Shown here: positions 24,413-37,250 of the stretch, piece after piece
How positions within the stretch are numbered: position 1 is the stretch's first letter
How the letters are laid out: the number at the start of each line of letters is the position of its first letter
DNA from: Basidiobolus meristosporus CBS 931.73
Taxonomy: Eukaryota; Fungi; Basidiobolomycota
Assembly (NCBI GenBank): GCA_002104905.1
Contig: MCFE01000135.1
Span: 62,001-126,000, forward strand
DNA length: 64,000 nucleotides
Direction of reading: 5' to 3'
Notes under the pieces: model-generated
The model's input: the letters and a program-made list of their open reading frames with translations, nothing else
What the model was told of the DNA's origin: nothing
Databases searched by the model: none
Made by a program: the position numbers and the translations under genes

Positions 24413-26144
24413 TTACTTCTTGGCGATTGCCTTGAATGCGGCCAAGGTGGTCTGACGAGCCTTTGAATGGTCTATAATTGGCTTTGGGTACCTGGAGATT
24501 CCATAGAATGGATTAGATGGTGTGGGAGGAGGGAGATCATTGAGCGGTGCTCGTGTTACCCAAGCTTCTTGAACTCCGAGGGGGATAGATGCTTGTAAGG
24601 CTCATGGATGGCCTTTCCCTTGACAGGCTTCAACTCGGGAACCCACTTCCTGATGAAATCCCCGTTCTTGTCGAAGCGCTCCGATTGCAGGGCTGGGTTG
24701 AAAATCCGGAAGTACGGCTGGGAATCGGTTCCCGTTGATGCAGCCTACATGGGGAGTCAATGAATTGAAGGAAGCGAACGGGATCCACGCATGACCTACC
24801 CATTGCCAGCCTCCGTTGTTTGACGCGAAATCGCCGTCCACCAAGTGGTTCATGAAGTAACGCTCCCCTTTCTGCCAATTGATCAGAAGGTCTTTGGTGA
24901 GGAACATTGCCACCACCATACGGAGTCTGTTGTGCATCCAGCCAATGGAGTTGAGCTGCCTCATTCCTGGTCATTGCCATTAGTAGAGTTCACAACGAGG
25001 TAATTGCGGAGTCGTGCGCCTTACCAGCATCCACGATGGGGTATCCCGTACGCCCCTCGCACCAAGCGGTGAAGTGTTTGGGATTGTCGTTCCACTCGAT
25101 GTCCTCTGTTTCCGGTTTGAAGGCCCGATTTTTGCAGACACGTGGGAAGGACACGAGCACATTCCGGTAGAAGTCTCGCCAAGCCAACTCGGAGATCCAT
25201 GTTTGAACCCCTTCGTTGCCCGACGCTATCCTGTTCTCGTTAGCACCGAGAGCCTTTGCAAGACATTGACGTGGCGAAATCACCCCCAAGGCCAAGTAGG
25301 GGGAGAGCACGCTGGTACCATCATCTATAGGAAAATCCCGACCCGTGTCGTAGTTGGAGATTTTCTTCTGGACAAACCGGTCCAACCGCTCGATCGCCTT
25401 CTCCTCCCCCTCTGGATACATCGACGAGGCGACCTTTTTCATCTCCGGAGACAACGGGAATTCGGGCAATTCCCCAGGCGGGTCCGTCTGAGCCGACGTC
25501 CGGCACCGGGATAGGTTCTGCTCGGGGAACGGGGATGGGGCAGGCAATGGGTTATGATATTTTTTGTCGCTTCCGACTTTGCGAAGCCAGTTCTTCTTGA
25601 ACGGGGTGAAGACCGTGTACGGTTTCTCCGCCTGGGTGACGACCACCCCGGGCTCCACTATGCACTGGTCATGTCGACGATAAAACTCTATGTTGTGCTG
25701 GCCCAACAGCGCTTCGGTTTTCGCGTCTCGCTTTTCTTCGTCCACCTCGTACTCCTGGTTGCAAAACACTTTGTCCACGTTGTACTTCTGGCAACAGGAG
25801 AGAACGATCTGTGGGACGTCGCTCTGGTTCTCGGCGTGCTCAATGACGAGGGGCACGTTGAGTTCCTTTAGCTTCTTGCGTAGTTGGGTAAGGTTGCGTA
25901 GCATAAAATCCACCTTGAACGGGCTTAGGTCGTGTGCCTTCCACTCCTCAGGAGAAATGACGAACACCCCAAGAAGTGCGCCGGCACCTTGCCTCGCGCA
26001 TTCGGCGGCTGCGTGGAGTGCGGTATTGTCCGCAGTTCTCAGGTCGGTACGGAACCAAATGAACGTATTCATCTCAGTGGTCTTCAGTCTTTTGGAAGAA
26101 CTCGAACCGCCTGGGCTGGGGTTATTGCGTTTGGTGACGGGCAT
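24413..26144 (-). CDS. PHR1: Class I CPD photolyase, 4 exons
   Basis: [56 protein letters not shown]; C-terminus [16 protein letters not shown]. Confidence 0.95.
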
Positions 26145-26666
26145 ATGTGTGCGCGTTGTATACAGGAGGGTAGTCTATTAATGAGCTCAGAGGGGGGCAT
26201 GATTGGACCGATGGAGCAGTCACGGAGGTGGAAAATTCTGACGGTGCCTAACGATTTCTCGATTCGAATGCTTGGCCAGGTCGGCCATCGATCGAGCATT
26301 CCTAGTAAACAAACCTGCCACGTCTCGGAGCGGAACTTTCAATGATCAGGGGGCGAAGCAGGGTTAGGGTTACGCGAGACAGAAATTTCATTTCCACAGC
26401 AGCGGTCCAACCTACCCGATGTGTTACCCGATTGAATCATTTCCATCCAGCATCATCGCATCCCCTACGCTATTTTTATCACTTGTGACATCAGTAAGTG
26501 AGCTGGATCTGGGTCCTTGTGCGATAATCAAGGATTTTCTTGTGACGACAGAGGCTAAACCAGCCATTCCACAGGAAAGACGACCAGCTATATTACATAT
26601 CCTTCTCGGACCCACTACACTAACGAAACGACAGTCGAGGTGCGTCCCTGAGCAGACCAAAGAATC

Positions 26667-29600
26667 ATGTTTGAGGGGATCTTCGCCAGCGTGATCAACA
26701 AATTCCTAGGAGACTACGTCGACAACCTAGAGACTTCCCAATTCAATGTCGGTGTTTGGAAAGGTATTGTTTGGCTGAATCAGGTGGTGTCCGAGTAACT
26801 GGATGGCGTGTTTGACCACTCGTTTTGTATTTCCCCAGGTGACGTGGTGCTACGAAATCTAAAGCTGAAAAGGGAGGCCTTGGATAAGTTCAACTTGCCC
26901 ATCAACGTTGTTGAAGGTTTGTATTCCCTTTCGCTAGGACGGATTCGAAAGAGGGCTGTTGTCCCCTCCAGCATCCTGCCTCAAACGGGACAGTTGGTAA
27001 CGCTCTTTGTGTAGGCTATCTGGGCGAGTTGACCTGTAAAATCCCGTGGCATAATCTCAAAAATCAGCCCGTGCGAGTGTACATCAACAACGTCTACCTT
27101 CTGGCGACGCCTAGTGGCGAATCCGAGTACAACCAAAAGGAGGAAGAGGAGCGGGAGCAAGCGCTGAAACAGGAAAGACTTTCGACCGCCGAACTACTTC
27201 ACACCCATCCAAAGATCGATCCAGCACAAGGTATGTTCTCCACTGACCTGTAGAGGTGCCTCACCGACCCAAGCTCACCACAGCACAACAGAGCAAAGCG
27301 ACGCGAAATCAGCCTCGTTCGTGACGCAACTTGCCACGAAGATCGCAGACAACTTACAAGTCTCTATCAATAACATCCACATCAGATACGAGGACAAAAT
27401 CAGTAATCCCGAGGTAAGTCACGGCTACGAGCGGCGTGGAAGCACCCGGCTAATGGGAGATCTCACTTCTACGTAGCACCCGTTCTCGGTCGGCTTCACT
27501 CTGCACGGACTTTCTGCAGTCTCCACCGATGAAAACTGGAAGGAAGCATTCATCGATCAGCAAACAAACACCATCCACAAGGTAAGTCGTACCGAAGAAT
27601 ACTGGCGAATTCATGACTGACCCATTGAGTGTCTTTAGTTGGTAAAGTTAAGCTCCATGGCAGTTTACTGGAACACAGAAGCCATTTCTCTTGCGGGGAA
27701 GACGTACGACGAGTTTGTGGAGCACTTCACACAGATGGTTGTTCCAAAACAGTTCAGTGAGCCAGTCGAGTGTTTACTAATCTACTGCTGACATCCGATG
27801 CAGATCTCGTCGGACAAGAATCGATTCAAAGGCCATCAATTCATACTCAAGCCAGTTACCGGCGTCGGTCGGGTAGTCATCACACATACTAGTTTGCGCC
27901 ATGCCACCCCGTCTCATCTTCGTCGACCAATAGATACGCGTGAACAAAACTTTCAGCACCGATGTCCCCAAGGTTGCTGCTGGACTGTTGTTTGAAGAGT
28001 TCGGGTTTGTGTTTGACGACGAACAGTACCGCGACATGCTTTTGTTGGCCAACCTATTCGAGTACTCAATGCGGCAGAAGAAGGTCAGTTTGAAGCGAGC
28101 ATCCATCACGACAACGATCGCTAACTTCGATATTGCAGTTCCAAAAGTACCGCCCTCCTCGACACACCAGCGTGAAGGAAAATCCAAAAGCCTGGCTGGA
28201 GTATGCTGGTAAGACTGATAGTGCTACTGGCTAGCCAATCCGACACTAAGTCTTGTTATCGGCCAAAAGGTAGATGCGTCTATTCTGAGATCCATGAGCG
28301 CAATCGGAAATGGTCTTGGGAGTACTTTGCCGAGCGCCGTGATCAACGCAAAGCATACATCCCGCTCTATGTTGACTCGAAGCTGGATAGGCTAACGCCT
28401 GAGGTACGTACCACCCGCATACATCCCCCCTCGATCTCTTCTCACCTTCGTCTTCAGAACGAGATCAAACTCAAGGATCTCGAGCGAGCCCTGTCATTTG
28501 AAGACATTCGTTTTTACAGGTCGCTGGCTCAATCAAAGCTCAAGAAGGAGAAAGCGCTTATTGGTTGGTATTGCTTTATGGCATTGGCCGTTGTCAGCCC
28601 CACTAACCATTTCGGAATGATAGAAAAGCAGAAAGAGAGTGAGAAGCCCACCGGATGGCTTGGTGGCTGGTTTAGTGGTTGGAGCGGCGATGTACGTTGT
28701 TGCAATTTGCTCTACTATGGACGCATCTAACATTGTCCAACCCCTGGTAGGCTCAAAATCAAGAGGACGGGCCAACGTTCACCGAGGAGCAGAAGCAGGA
28801 GCTTTACGAAACGATTGACTTTGACGAAAACCAAGCGGATGTCGCCTTTCAGCTTCCTAAGGAGGTATGAGGCGTAAGCACCAAGTCGATAGAAACGAAC
28901 AATTCGTTAAACCCCCATCTTTCTAGTGCGTGATCTTATCGGTGACCACACAACTCAAACGAGGCTCCCTTGCATTGAAGCAAGGCCCTCACAATTCCAA
29001 GAATACCATTGCGGAGCTTGTGTTCGACACTGTCACCATGAAGTTCCTGAACAGGTTCAACTCGTTCAAAGCCGGCCTATCTCTTAACGGGTTGAATTTG
29101 TACGATGGAAGCACCGAGGGAACGTTATACCCACTACTCATGCGTGTACAAGATACCAACGACGATGTTGACGATATGATCGCTGAAGACGAGGAAGATC
29201 CGACCGAGCAGTATGCCCACTGTTAGACCCTTTCGTTCGAGCATCGTGCTAACCTCCTTTTCCAGCCCCCAACAGTCCCTCGAATTCCTGAAGCCGCACA
29301 GCAATCCATTCTTCGATCTTGATTTCGAGCACAATCCATTGGATAGCCACGCAGATGATGCGCTAATGATGAAGATGCAGAACCTGGAAGTGATCTATAA
29401 CCCGGCAGTCATTGATGCAGTCACGAGGTTCCTCAAACCGCCAGTCTCCAATATGGAGACTATGGTCGCACTAATGGTAGCCAAGTCGCTATTCCCTGGT
29501 TTGTCTGGATCATTGCTCAACGAACTTATTTTCCCAGGAAGCAGCAGGAAGCACAATCGAGGGCCTTACTCAGCAGACCAAGGCAGGGCTCCAATTCGCG

Positions 29601-32600
29601 TTAGAAGAGCACAGAACCATCGATGTCAAGATAGATATCAACGCGCCAATCTTCATATTCCCCGAAAGGTAGCGTTTGGCGGCTGATTTCTTGCCTCTGT
29701 GGGCTTGCACTAACCCACGATTTCCGAAAGTTGCAATGACAAGAATGCTCAAGTGGTGGTGTTGGACTCGGGCCATATTACGATTGAAAGCAACCTTGTC
29801 AGTAAGGAGAAGAAGACGGAGATGGAAGAGAAGATAAAAGGAAATCTTACGGACAACGATCTTCGAGCACTTCAGGACCTGATGTACGACCGATTTTCGG
29901 TGAATATGAGCTCTGTTCAGGTAAGCAGCTCAAGCCTCCCCTCTTCCCCGCCGCTCAGCCGTAACCACGAACCTTTGTCCATTTGTAGCTCTTGGTAGGC
30001 CAGAACCTTGATGATTGCTTAGCAAGAATCAAGAGCACCGACAATTCCGCGCGGAGCGATGATCTTCATATCGTGGATCGCATCAACATGAAGTTTCGCG
30101 TGGACGTGTCGATCCTCCCCAAGGCTTCCAACATCACGGGACTGAAAATCTCGGGAGACCTGCCTCTTCTCAAAATCAATGTTTCTGACACCAAGTACAA
30201 GGCACTTATGAAGGTTATTGACTTGGTGCTCGGAGATGAGCAATCTGCGGCCCCCACTCCGCAGCAGCCGAACTCGGTCATCGGTACGAATTACTATAAC
30301 AACTACGAGATGCCCGAGTTGCTGGTTGATCAGGACGAGGACGACGAAGACGACGAGGATGAATTCTTCGACGCTGAAAACGACCAAGGCGCTGCCCTTA
30401 GTGGAAGCAAACAAAGGCTGGAGCACAAATTGGTCGAGTTTTCTTTCGGCATCGAGAGACTGGAGGCGTCTCTTCGTAAAGCGGACAAGCAAATGAACGA
30501 GGTGATTCTTGCCAACATGAAACTTGAAAGCTTTTGTATCGAATATACCCAGCGAGAGTTTGACATGGAGTCTTTGATTACGATTCAGTCGTTCGCCGTC
30601 GAGGATATGATGAATCCTGGGAAAGGATTCGAGCACCTCATCACTTCCGAGACTGGTGAGGAGGGCCAAAGCGAGCTGGTTCGAATCCATTATCATTCTA
30701 TCAGTCCGCAGTCCCCCGAGTACATGTCAACCTATGAGAACTTTGACCAAATCGTCGATATTGCCTTCTCCTCGGTTAGCATCGTGATAACCAACAAAAG
30801 CATTCTCACGCTGTATGACTTCCTACTTGCCACATTTGTGCCGGCAACGGTTTCGAACGCCACCCGAGACAAGCTCATCGAGAATCCGGAGGAGGCAGCG
30901 GCCCATCCCACACCGAACAACAACACGATGAAGATCTTGGCAAGAATGAAGAGTGTGAACTTTATCCTGAACGACAACGGAACCCAGCTCTCCTCAATCT
31001 CCTTGCTGGAAGGCGATGCGGCCATCGTTTTGAGAGACGAGTATGTCCGTCTGGGTGCAAAGCTGGGCAACATTCGTGTGTCGAATTTCATGAATCCAAA
31101 GAACGAGGAAGCGTTCGAGTACCTGCTTACGATCGAGGGAGAAGAGCTGGCCGACTTCAGGTATGAAACGCTGCCGGAGAGTGGCCACGATTCCTCGGTG
31201 TATCTGCGCATGGGCTCGGCCAAGCTGTTGTTCATGGAGGAGCCGTTATTGGTCTTGATCAACTTCGCCAGCAAATTCGCCGAAATGCACGGTCTCTTTG
31301 AATCGGCTCGAGTTGCTGCTGCTGAATCTGCAGCTCAGCTGCAAGAACAAGTGCCCAAGATGCATTTCGATATTGCCATTCGGTCTCCAGTGATTGTTTA
31401 TCCAACCAAACAGGATGCCAAGTACACGCTGACGGCTTACCTGGGAGAGATCTCGGCTTCAAACTCCTTCTCACCCAACCCGGAGGCGGAGAAGGCCTTC
31501 CTGAACGAGATCCAGCTGTTGATCAAAAACATCCACCTAGTTTCTACGTCTTACATACCGGAATCGCAAACCACTCAATCTCTCCAGATCATCGACGACG
31601 TGGACATCAACCTGGATGTCGTCTACGGCGAGCACACCGTAGGCTCCAAGCGACCCGATACTAAGGTAAACCCAGATCATTAGCTATCCAGTTTCCCCCA
31701 CCACTGACCATTCTGCCCCAGGCTAGTGGCGCGATCTCGAAGATCAAGATTGAGTTGACCGAGAAGCAGTACAACCTTGTCTTCGAAGTTTTGGATGCAA
31801 TCACGCTCGTGTTTGGAGGGGACAGTCCGAGCGATTCGGAGAAGGCCAGTTCGAACGAGCCAAGCTCCGCCCACTCGAGCACCATCTCGAAGTTGAATGA
31901 GGTGTGGACATACTTCGAAGGGAGCTTCACCATGCAAACCGTCTTCTTGGAGATCTTTTCTGGCGATGAGACGCAAGCAACCACCAGCCTGTGCCAGTTC
32001 TCCATGAACGATATGAACCTCGATGTCAAGTTGACCTCTGATCAATCAACCGAGACCGAGGTTCGGATTCATTCGTTCGTAGTCACCGACTCTCGACCCG
32101 ATCCAGACAACCAATTCAAAGAAATCCTCCCTGCGGTCACTCAGGGCGAACACCAGTTCGTGCTAGTCTATCGCCAAGCGTCTGATCTCAAAACCGATGC
32201 CTCCATCACGGTCGACAGCCCCAAGATGATCCTGGTTCTGGATCAACTTGTTGCTATCAGAGACTTTTTCCTTAGCCCGTTTTCGACTCGTACGGGACTA
32301 GAGCCTGAGGCCACTCCCAAGGAAGGTCAGCCAGCACCCTCCCAGCTTAACAGCCAGGAGATGCTGACCTACAACATAAGCGTTGTCAACGCGGAGATCA
32401 TCTTGCTTGCCGACTCCAAGGATGTAACCTCGGAGGCCGTGGTCTTCTCCGGCCATCAGATCGCCTTACGACAGAGAAACATCATGGAGCTGTCGGTGAA
32501 CCATGTCGGAGTATTTTTGTGCCGAATGGATCGTAGAGAGGAGAGCACGTTGCGTGTTGTAGATAACTTCGACCTCTTTGTGTCTATGGACGATCGGGAC

Positions 32601-35600
32601 ACTTCGCCCAACGCTCACCTAACGAGCATTCGGGCCGAGGTTTCTCCTCTCGTAACCCGTATCTCGTACCGGGATATATTACTTTTCATGAACGTTGTCG
32701 ACAAAGCAACCAAGCTGCTGAATCACAGCGAGCAGCAGCCCAGCTCGCTCTCGAACAGCCGGCCCTCGTCGATAGCCGCATCCACCCCGAGCCAATCCAT
32801 CATGGACCTGGATTTGCCTGACATTGAGGATTTGAATTTCGGTGCCGTGAGCACAAGCCCCACCACCAGCGATCTCCAAGCAAAGACCAACCTAAAGGAG
32901 GATCTTCATATCACGTTCAAGAACCTCGGGATTATTCTGGTGAACGATATGAACGACCTTCCATTTGTTGATTTCCAGTTGACAAAATGCCTGGTCAAGG
33001 CGATGAACTGGTCCACCAATCTCCAATTGAAGGCTCAAGTGGCGCTCCAAACGAACTTCCTAAACCTTAAGAACTCTCACTGGGAACCGCTGATTGAACC
33101 ATGGGAATTCGAGGTTCAGGTAGCTGACTCTAATAAGCTGACCACTATCGAGTCCAGGAAGCACCTTGACGTCAGTCTATCCCACGCCTTTCTGGAAGTC
33201 GCTCTGGGAGTTGCTTCCCGCATCAGCGAGCAATCTGACCATACCTTCCCGACGGACAGAGGCACCGCAGTGCCTTATATCGTTAAGAATCAGACGGGGA
33301 TCAACATGTTCATATGGTGCGAGAACGACGATGACGACAATACCCAGACGACTCTACAAAAGATTCCCACCGGGGAGGAAATCCCTTGGCGATTCGATGA
33401 CTGGCGAAAGAGCCGAGAGACGACAGCGGTCACCAGGAATCGGTTGAATATCCAGTTCGAGGATGTCCCATGGGAGAGCATCAAGAACATCCCGGTGGAC
33501 ATTGAAGGCTCGCGCATGTACACACTGCGGCCCAAACTGGAGTATGTCTCCCATCGGCTCGTTTGCGATGTGAAATTGCAGGGGAACACCAAGATCGTCA
33601 CCTTCCGCTCGCCCCTCGTGATTGAGAACCGCACCCCGATTCCCATGGAGCTGATTGTCGTCAACTACCAGGGGGATCCGCTCTCCGCTCCTGCCATCAT
33701 TCCTCCGTCGGAGGACTTCCCCATCAACATCAAGACTGGATACAGCAACGCGGTCAAGATCAGGCCACTGGCATACGATTACTCCTGGTGCACAAAGCAC
33801 CTGTACTGGAGAGAGTATCTAATAGAAGACTACCCGCGCACCGTCGTCTGCCAATCCTATGACAAGTCTACCGTGCCCTTCATATACCAGGTCAACGCGC
33901 GCTACGACAAGAATGACCCATTGAACTCGATCTATCCTTGCATGGCCATTCGACTCAGCCCTCCCTTCGAGATAGAAAATCTCTTGCCCTACGACCTTCG
34001 CTATCGACTGGTTGACAAAGCCAAAAGGCAAAGTTGGATCGGCTCCCTGCAACAGGGAAGAATCACCCAGGTGCATACGTCAGAGCTCAATCAACTCCTG
34101 CTGCTAAGTGTCCAGGTGCAAGATGCCGGCTATGAATTCAGCGAGTATGCGATCATCGGGTCAAACAACAGCAGAGATGTGCCACTGGAGGATGTGCTTG
34201 TTATGCAGAATGCACAGAATCAACGACTCGACCTTAGGATTAAACGCCTGGAGATCCCGGATTCGGGCGGCTCCTTCCGGTTTTCCATCTACAGTCCGTA
34301 CGTGCTTATCAACAAGACTGGCAGAGACATCCTGATCCGAGACAGAAACTCTCAGATGAGAAAGATCTCCGGGTTGAAACTGGAGTCGGACACGAAAGCG
34401 CTACCATTCATGTTCTCCAACTTGGGGGCCGATTCGGGCCGTGTCTCTATCAAGGTTGGCGATTCGGAGTGGAGCAAGCCTTTGAGCTTCGAGGCGGTTG
34501 GTAGCGACACCTCCATCACGCTCCCGTTCTCATCGGAAATGAAAGAGATCCACCTTGGGATGTCGATCAAGCAAGGGAACGGGAAATACATGCTGTCCAG
34601 GGTGGTCACCCTTACCCCAAGGTTTATCCTGAAGAACAGCATGGATGAGAGCATCAATATCCGGGAGCTAGGGTCAACCGATATCCAGAAGCTCGATCCC
34701 AATCAACGAGCTCCCCTTCACTATGTCAACGAAAATCAGGAGAAGCAGTTGACCATCCGATTCCCCGGCCTCAACAACAAGTGGTCGGCGCCATTCAATA
34801 TCGAGGACATTGGTAAAGTATTTGTCAAGGTGTATCGAAGCCACGGGCCGACCACTCGGGTTGAGCTCCTAAGAATCGACGTCATGTTGCAGGGAGCCTC
34901 CATCTTCATAACGGTCAGCAAAGAGAAGGGCAGATGGCCCTATAGAATCACAAACAAATCGGGGACCAGTGTTTCATTGTACCAATCCGACTCCAGCAAC
35001 CAGGAGCCTTTTGCGGGCGGCGTGCCAGCCATCCCCGTGGAGGTGTACTCATTAGCATCGGGCGAATCGATGCAATACGCATGGGACTATCCCTCGGTGC
35101 CATCAAAACTGCTGGTCCTGAACGTGCAAGGAAACCGATACAATACAAAGCTACAGGAGATTGGGCCTCAAGAGCCTTGGCAATACTCCACCCCACAAGG
35201 GATGGCTTGCATGGCCATCGATGTGTTTGCTGATGGGCCCATCATTGAGCTTAGCCTTACCAAATACGGCCATTCAAACAGCATCTACCGTCCCAAGCAT
35301 CCGCAGGAAGCACTGAATAGACGCGATTCGGCGAGAGAGAGTGGCTTTGAGGTTGTCGAGGTGGACTCCGTTGTCACCTTCACTCTCCACTTTAGACTGG
35401 AGGGCATTGGCATTTCACTCATCAATCGCCACATACAAGAGCTTGTCTACGCATCGCTGAGAAGTGTGCAACTCAACTACACGGAATCAACGATCCAGAC
35501 CTCAGTCAGCGTGGTGGTCAAGTGGATGCAGATCGATAATCAACTCTACGGGGCCGTCACACCCACCATCTTCTACCCCACATTCATCTCCAAGAATAGC

Positions 35601-37154
35601 AAGAACACCGACCTATTACCCGTCCTCCAGGCGGCAATCATCAAATCCAAAGACAAGTCCCACGGTGTAGAGTATTTCAAGTACTGCACCTTCTTGTTCC
35701 AGGAGGTGTCGTTAGAAACCGACGAGGACTTCCTCACCGATCTATTGGACTTTTTCAAATTCGACGTCCAGGGTTGGAACTTCGAAGATGACGCCTCCAT
35801 TGGAGACACAAGTCTGGAGATCCCGGAGCCGAAGCTCCCGGAGGAAGGATCTCAGCTCTTCTTCGAAGTGATCCACATCCAACCGGTCAAGATCAACTTC
35901 TCCTTCTCGCTAAGCGATCAATCTACCCCGCAAGAGGGCGTTCTTCGACCTTACAGCCCCTTCGACTACGTGAAGAACGTACTCACCATGACCATCGGCA
36001 ACATCAACGATGCCCCAATCCAGCTCAACGCTCTGGTAATGGAGAGCCTGATGGTGTCGTATCCAGATTTGGTTGACAGACTGTACACCTACTATTGGCA
36101 AGAGATCTTCTATCAGATCCATAATGTGATCGGATCGGCCGATTTCCTGGGCAATCCTGTCGGGCTGTTCAACACCGTGAGCTCGGGGGTTGTGGATTTC
36201 TTCTATGAGCCATACCAGGGCCTTGTGTTGAGCGACCGCCCCCAGGACCTGGGAATTGGGTTGGCCAAGGGAACGGCGAGTTTCTTGTCCAAAACAGTGT
36301 ACGGTCTCTCGGACAGCTTCTCCAAATTCACCGGCAGTTTGGGTAAGGGCCTGAGCGCTGCAACGCTGGACAAAGCGTTCCAAGAGAGGCGCCGGATTTC
36401 GCGTACTCGAAACAAGCCTAGACATGCCTTGCAAGGAGTGACTCAGGGGGCGAATTCTCTAGCCTCGGGCTTGGCAAGTGGTATCTCCGGGTTTGTTGTA
36501 AGTAGCATGATTTTCATTCTGTGCATCCGCCCCAGCTAACAAGCTCGTGCTTTTAAGACCCAGCCTATGGCCGGCGCCGAGAAAGAAGGATTCGGAGGAT
36601 TCATCAAAGGATTCGGCAAAGGGTTGGTGGGGGTTGTCACCAAGCCAGTGGTGGGCATCTTCGATGCCGCCTCAAATGTGACCGAAGGGATTCGAAACAC
36701 CACAGCAATGCTGGGGGACAACAACGCCACCTTGGACCGTGTCCGGCTACCTCGATTTATCGATATTGATGGGATCATCAGAAACTTCAGTGCGTATGAA
36801 GCCCGAGGTCAGTACTGGCTGAAAGAGGTGGACGATGGAGCCTTTGCCCGGGAGACCTATGCTGCGCATCTTGTGCTGCGTGGGGAGGAGACCGTGGCCT
36901 TGATCAGTTATTCCAGGGTAATGAGCATCCGAATCCAGGGGGGCCGTCGTCTGTTGACCGAATGGGAGGTATCCTTCGATAAGCTCCACACACCCATCAT
37001 CGAGAACACCGGTATCACGCTGGTCTTGGATCAAGGGTATGGTGTGCCTGGCCCCTTCATTCCGATTCCCGACAAGGCCTCCCGGGAGTGGTTCTACCAG
37101 CGCCTCGAGGCCGCATTGAAATATTTCGAAGCCGAAAAAAGGCAGCTAGAGTAA
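26667..37154 (+). CDS. VPS13: Vacuolar protein sorting 13 lipid-transfer protein, multi-exon
   Basis: N-terminal chorein [21 protein letters not shown]; [11 protein letters not shown]; [14 protein letters not shown]; [17 protein letters not shown]; many GT-AG introns. Confidence 0.97.
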
Positions 37155-37250
37155 CAAGAACTATGCAATAATAAGCGAATAAATACAGCAGTTGGAATGG
37201 TTTATTGGTTTCTGTACATATGATGCTAGGGATGGCTTGTTACAACAGAA

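Noticed and set aside
29992-36539. Minus-strand and alternate-frame ORFs within VPS13, and similar ones in PHR1, FAA1 and ENP2
   Set aside because: They overlap well-supported CDSs and have no recognisable motifs
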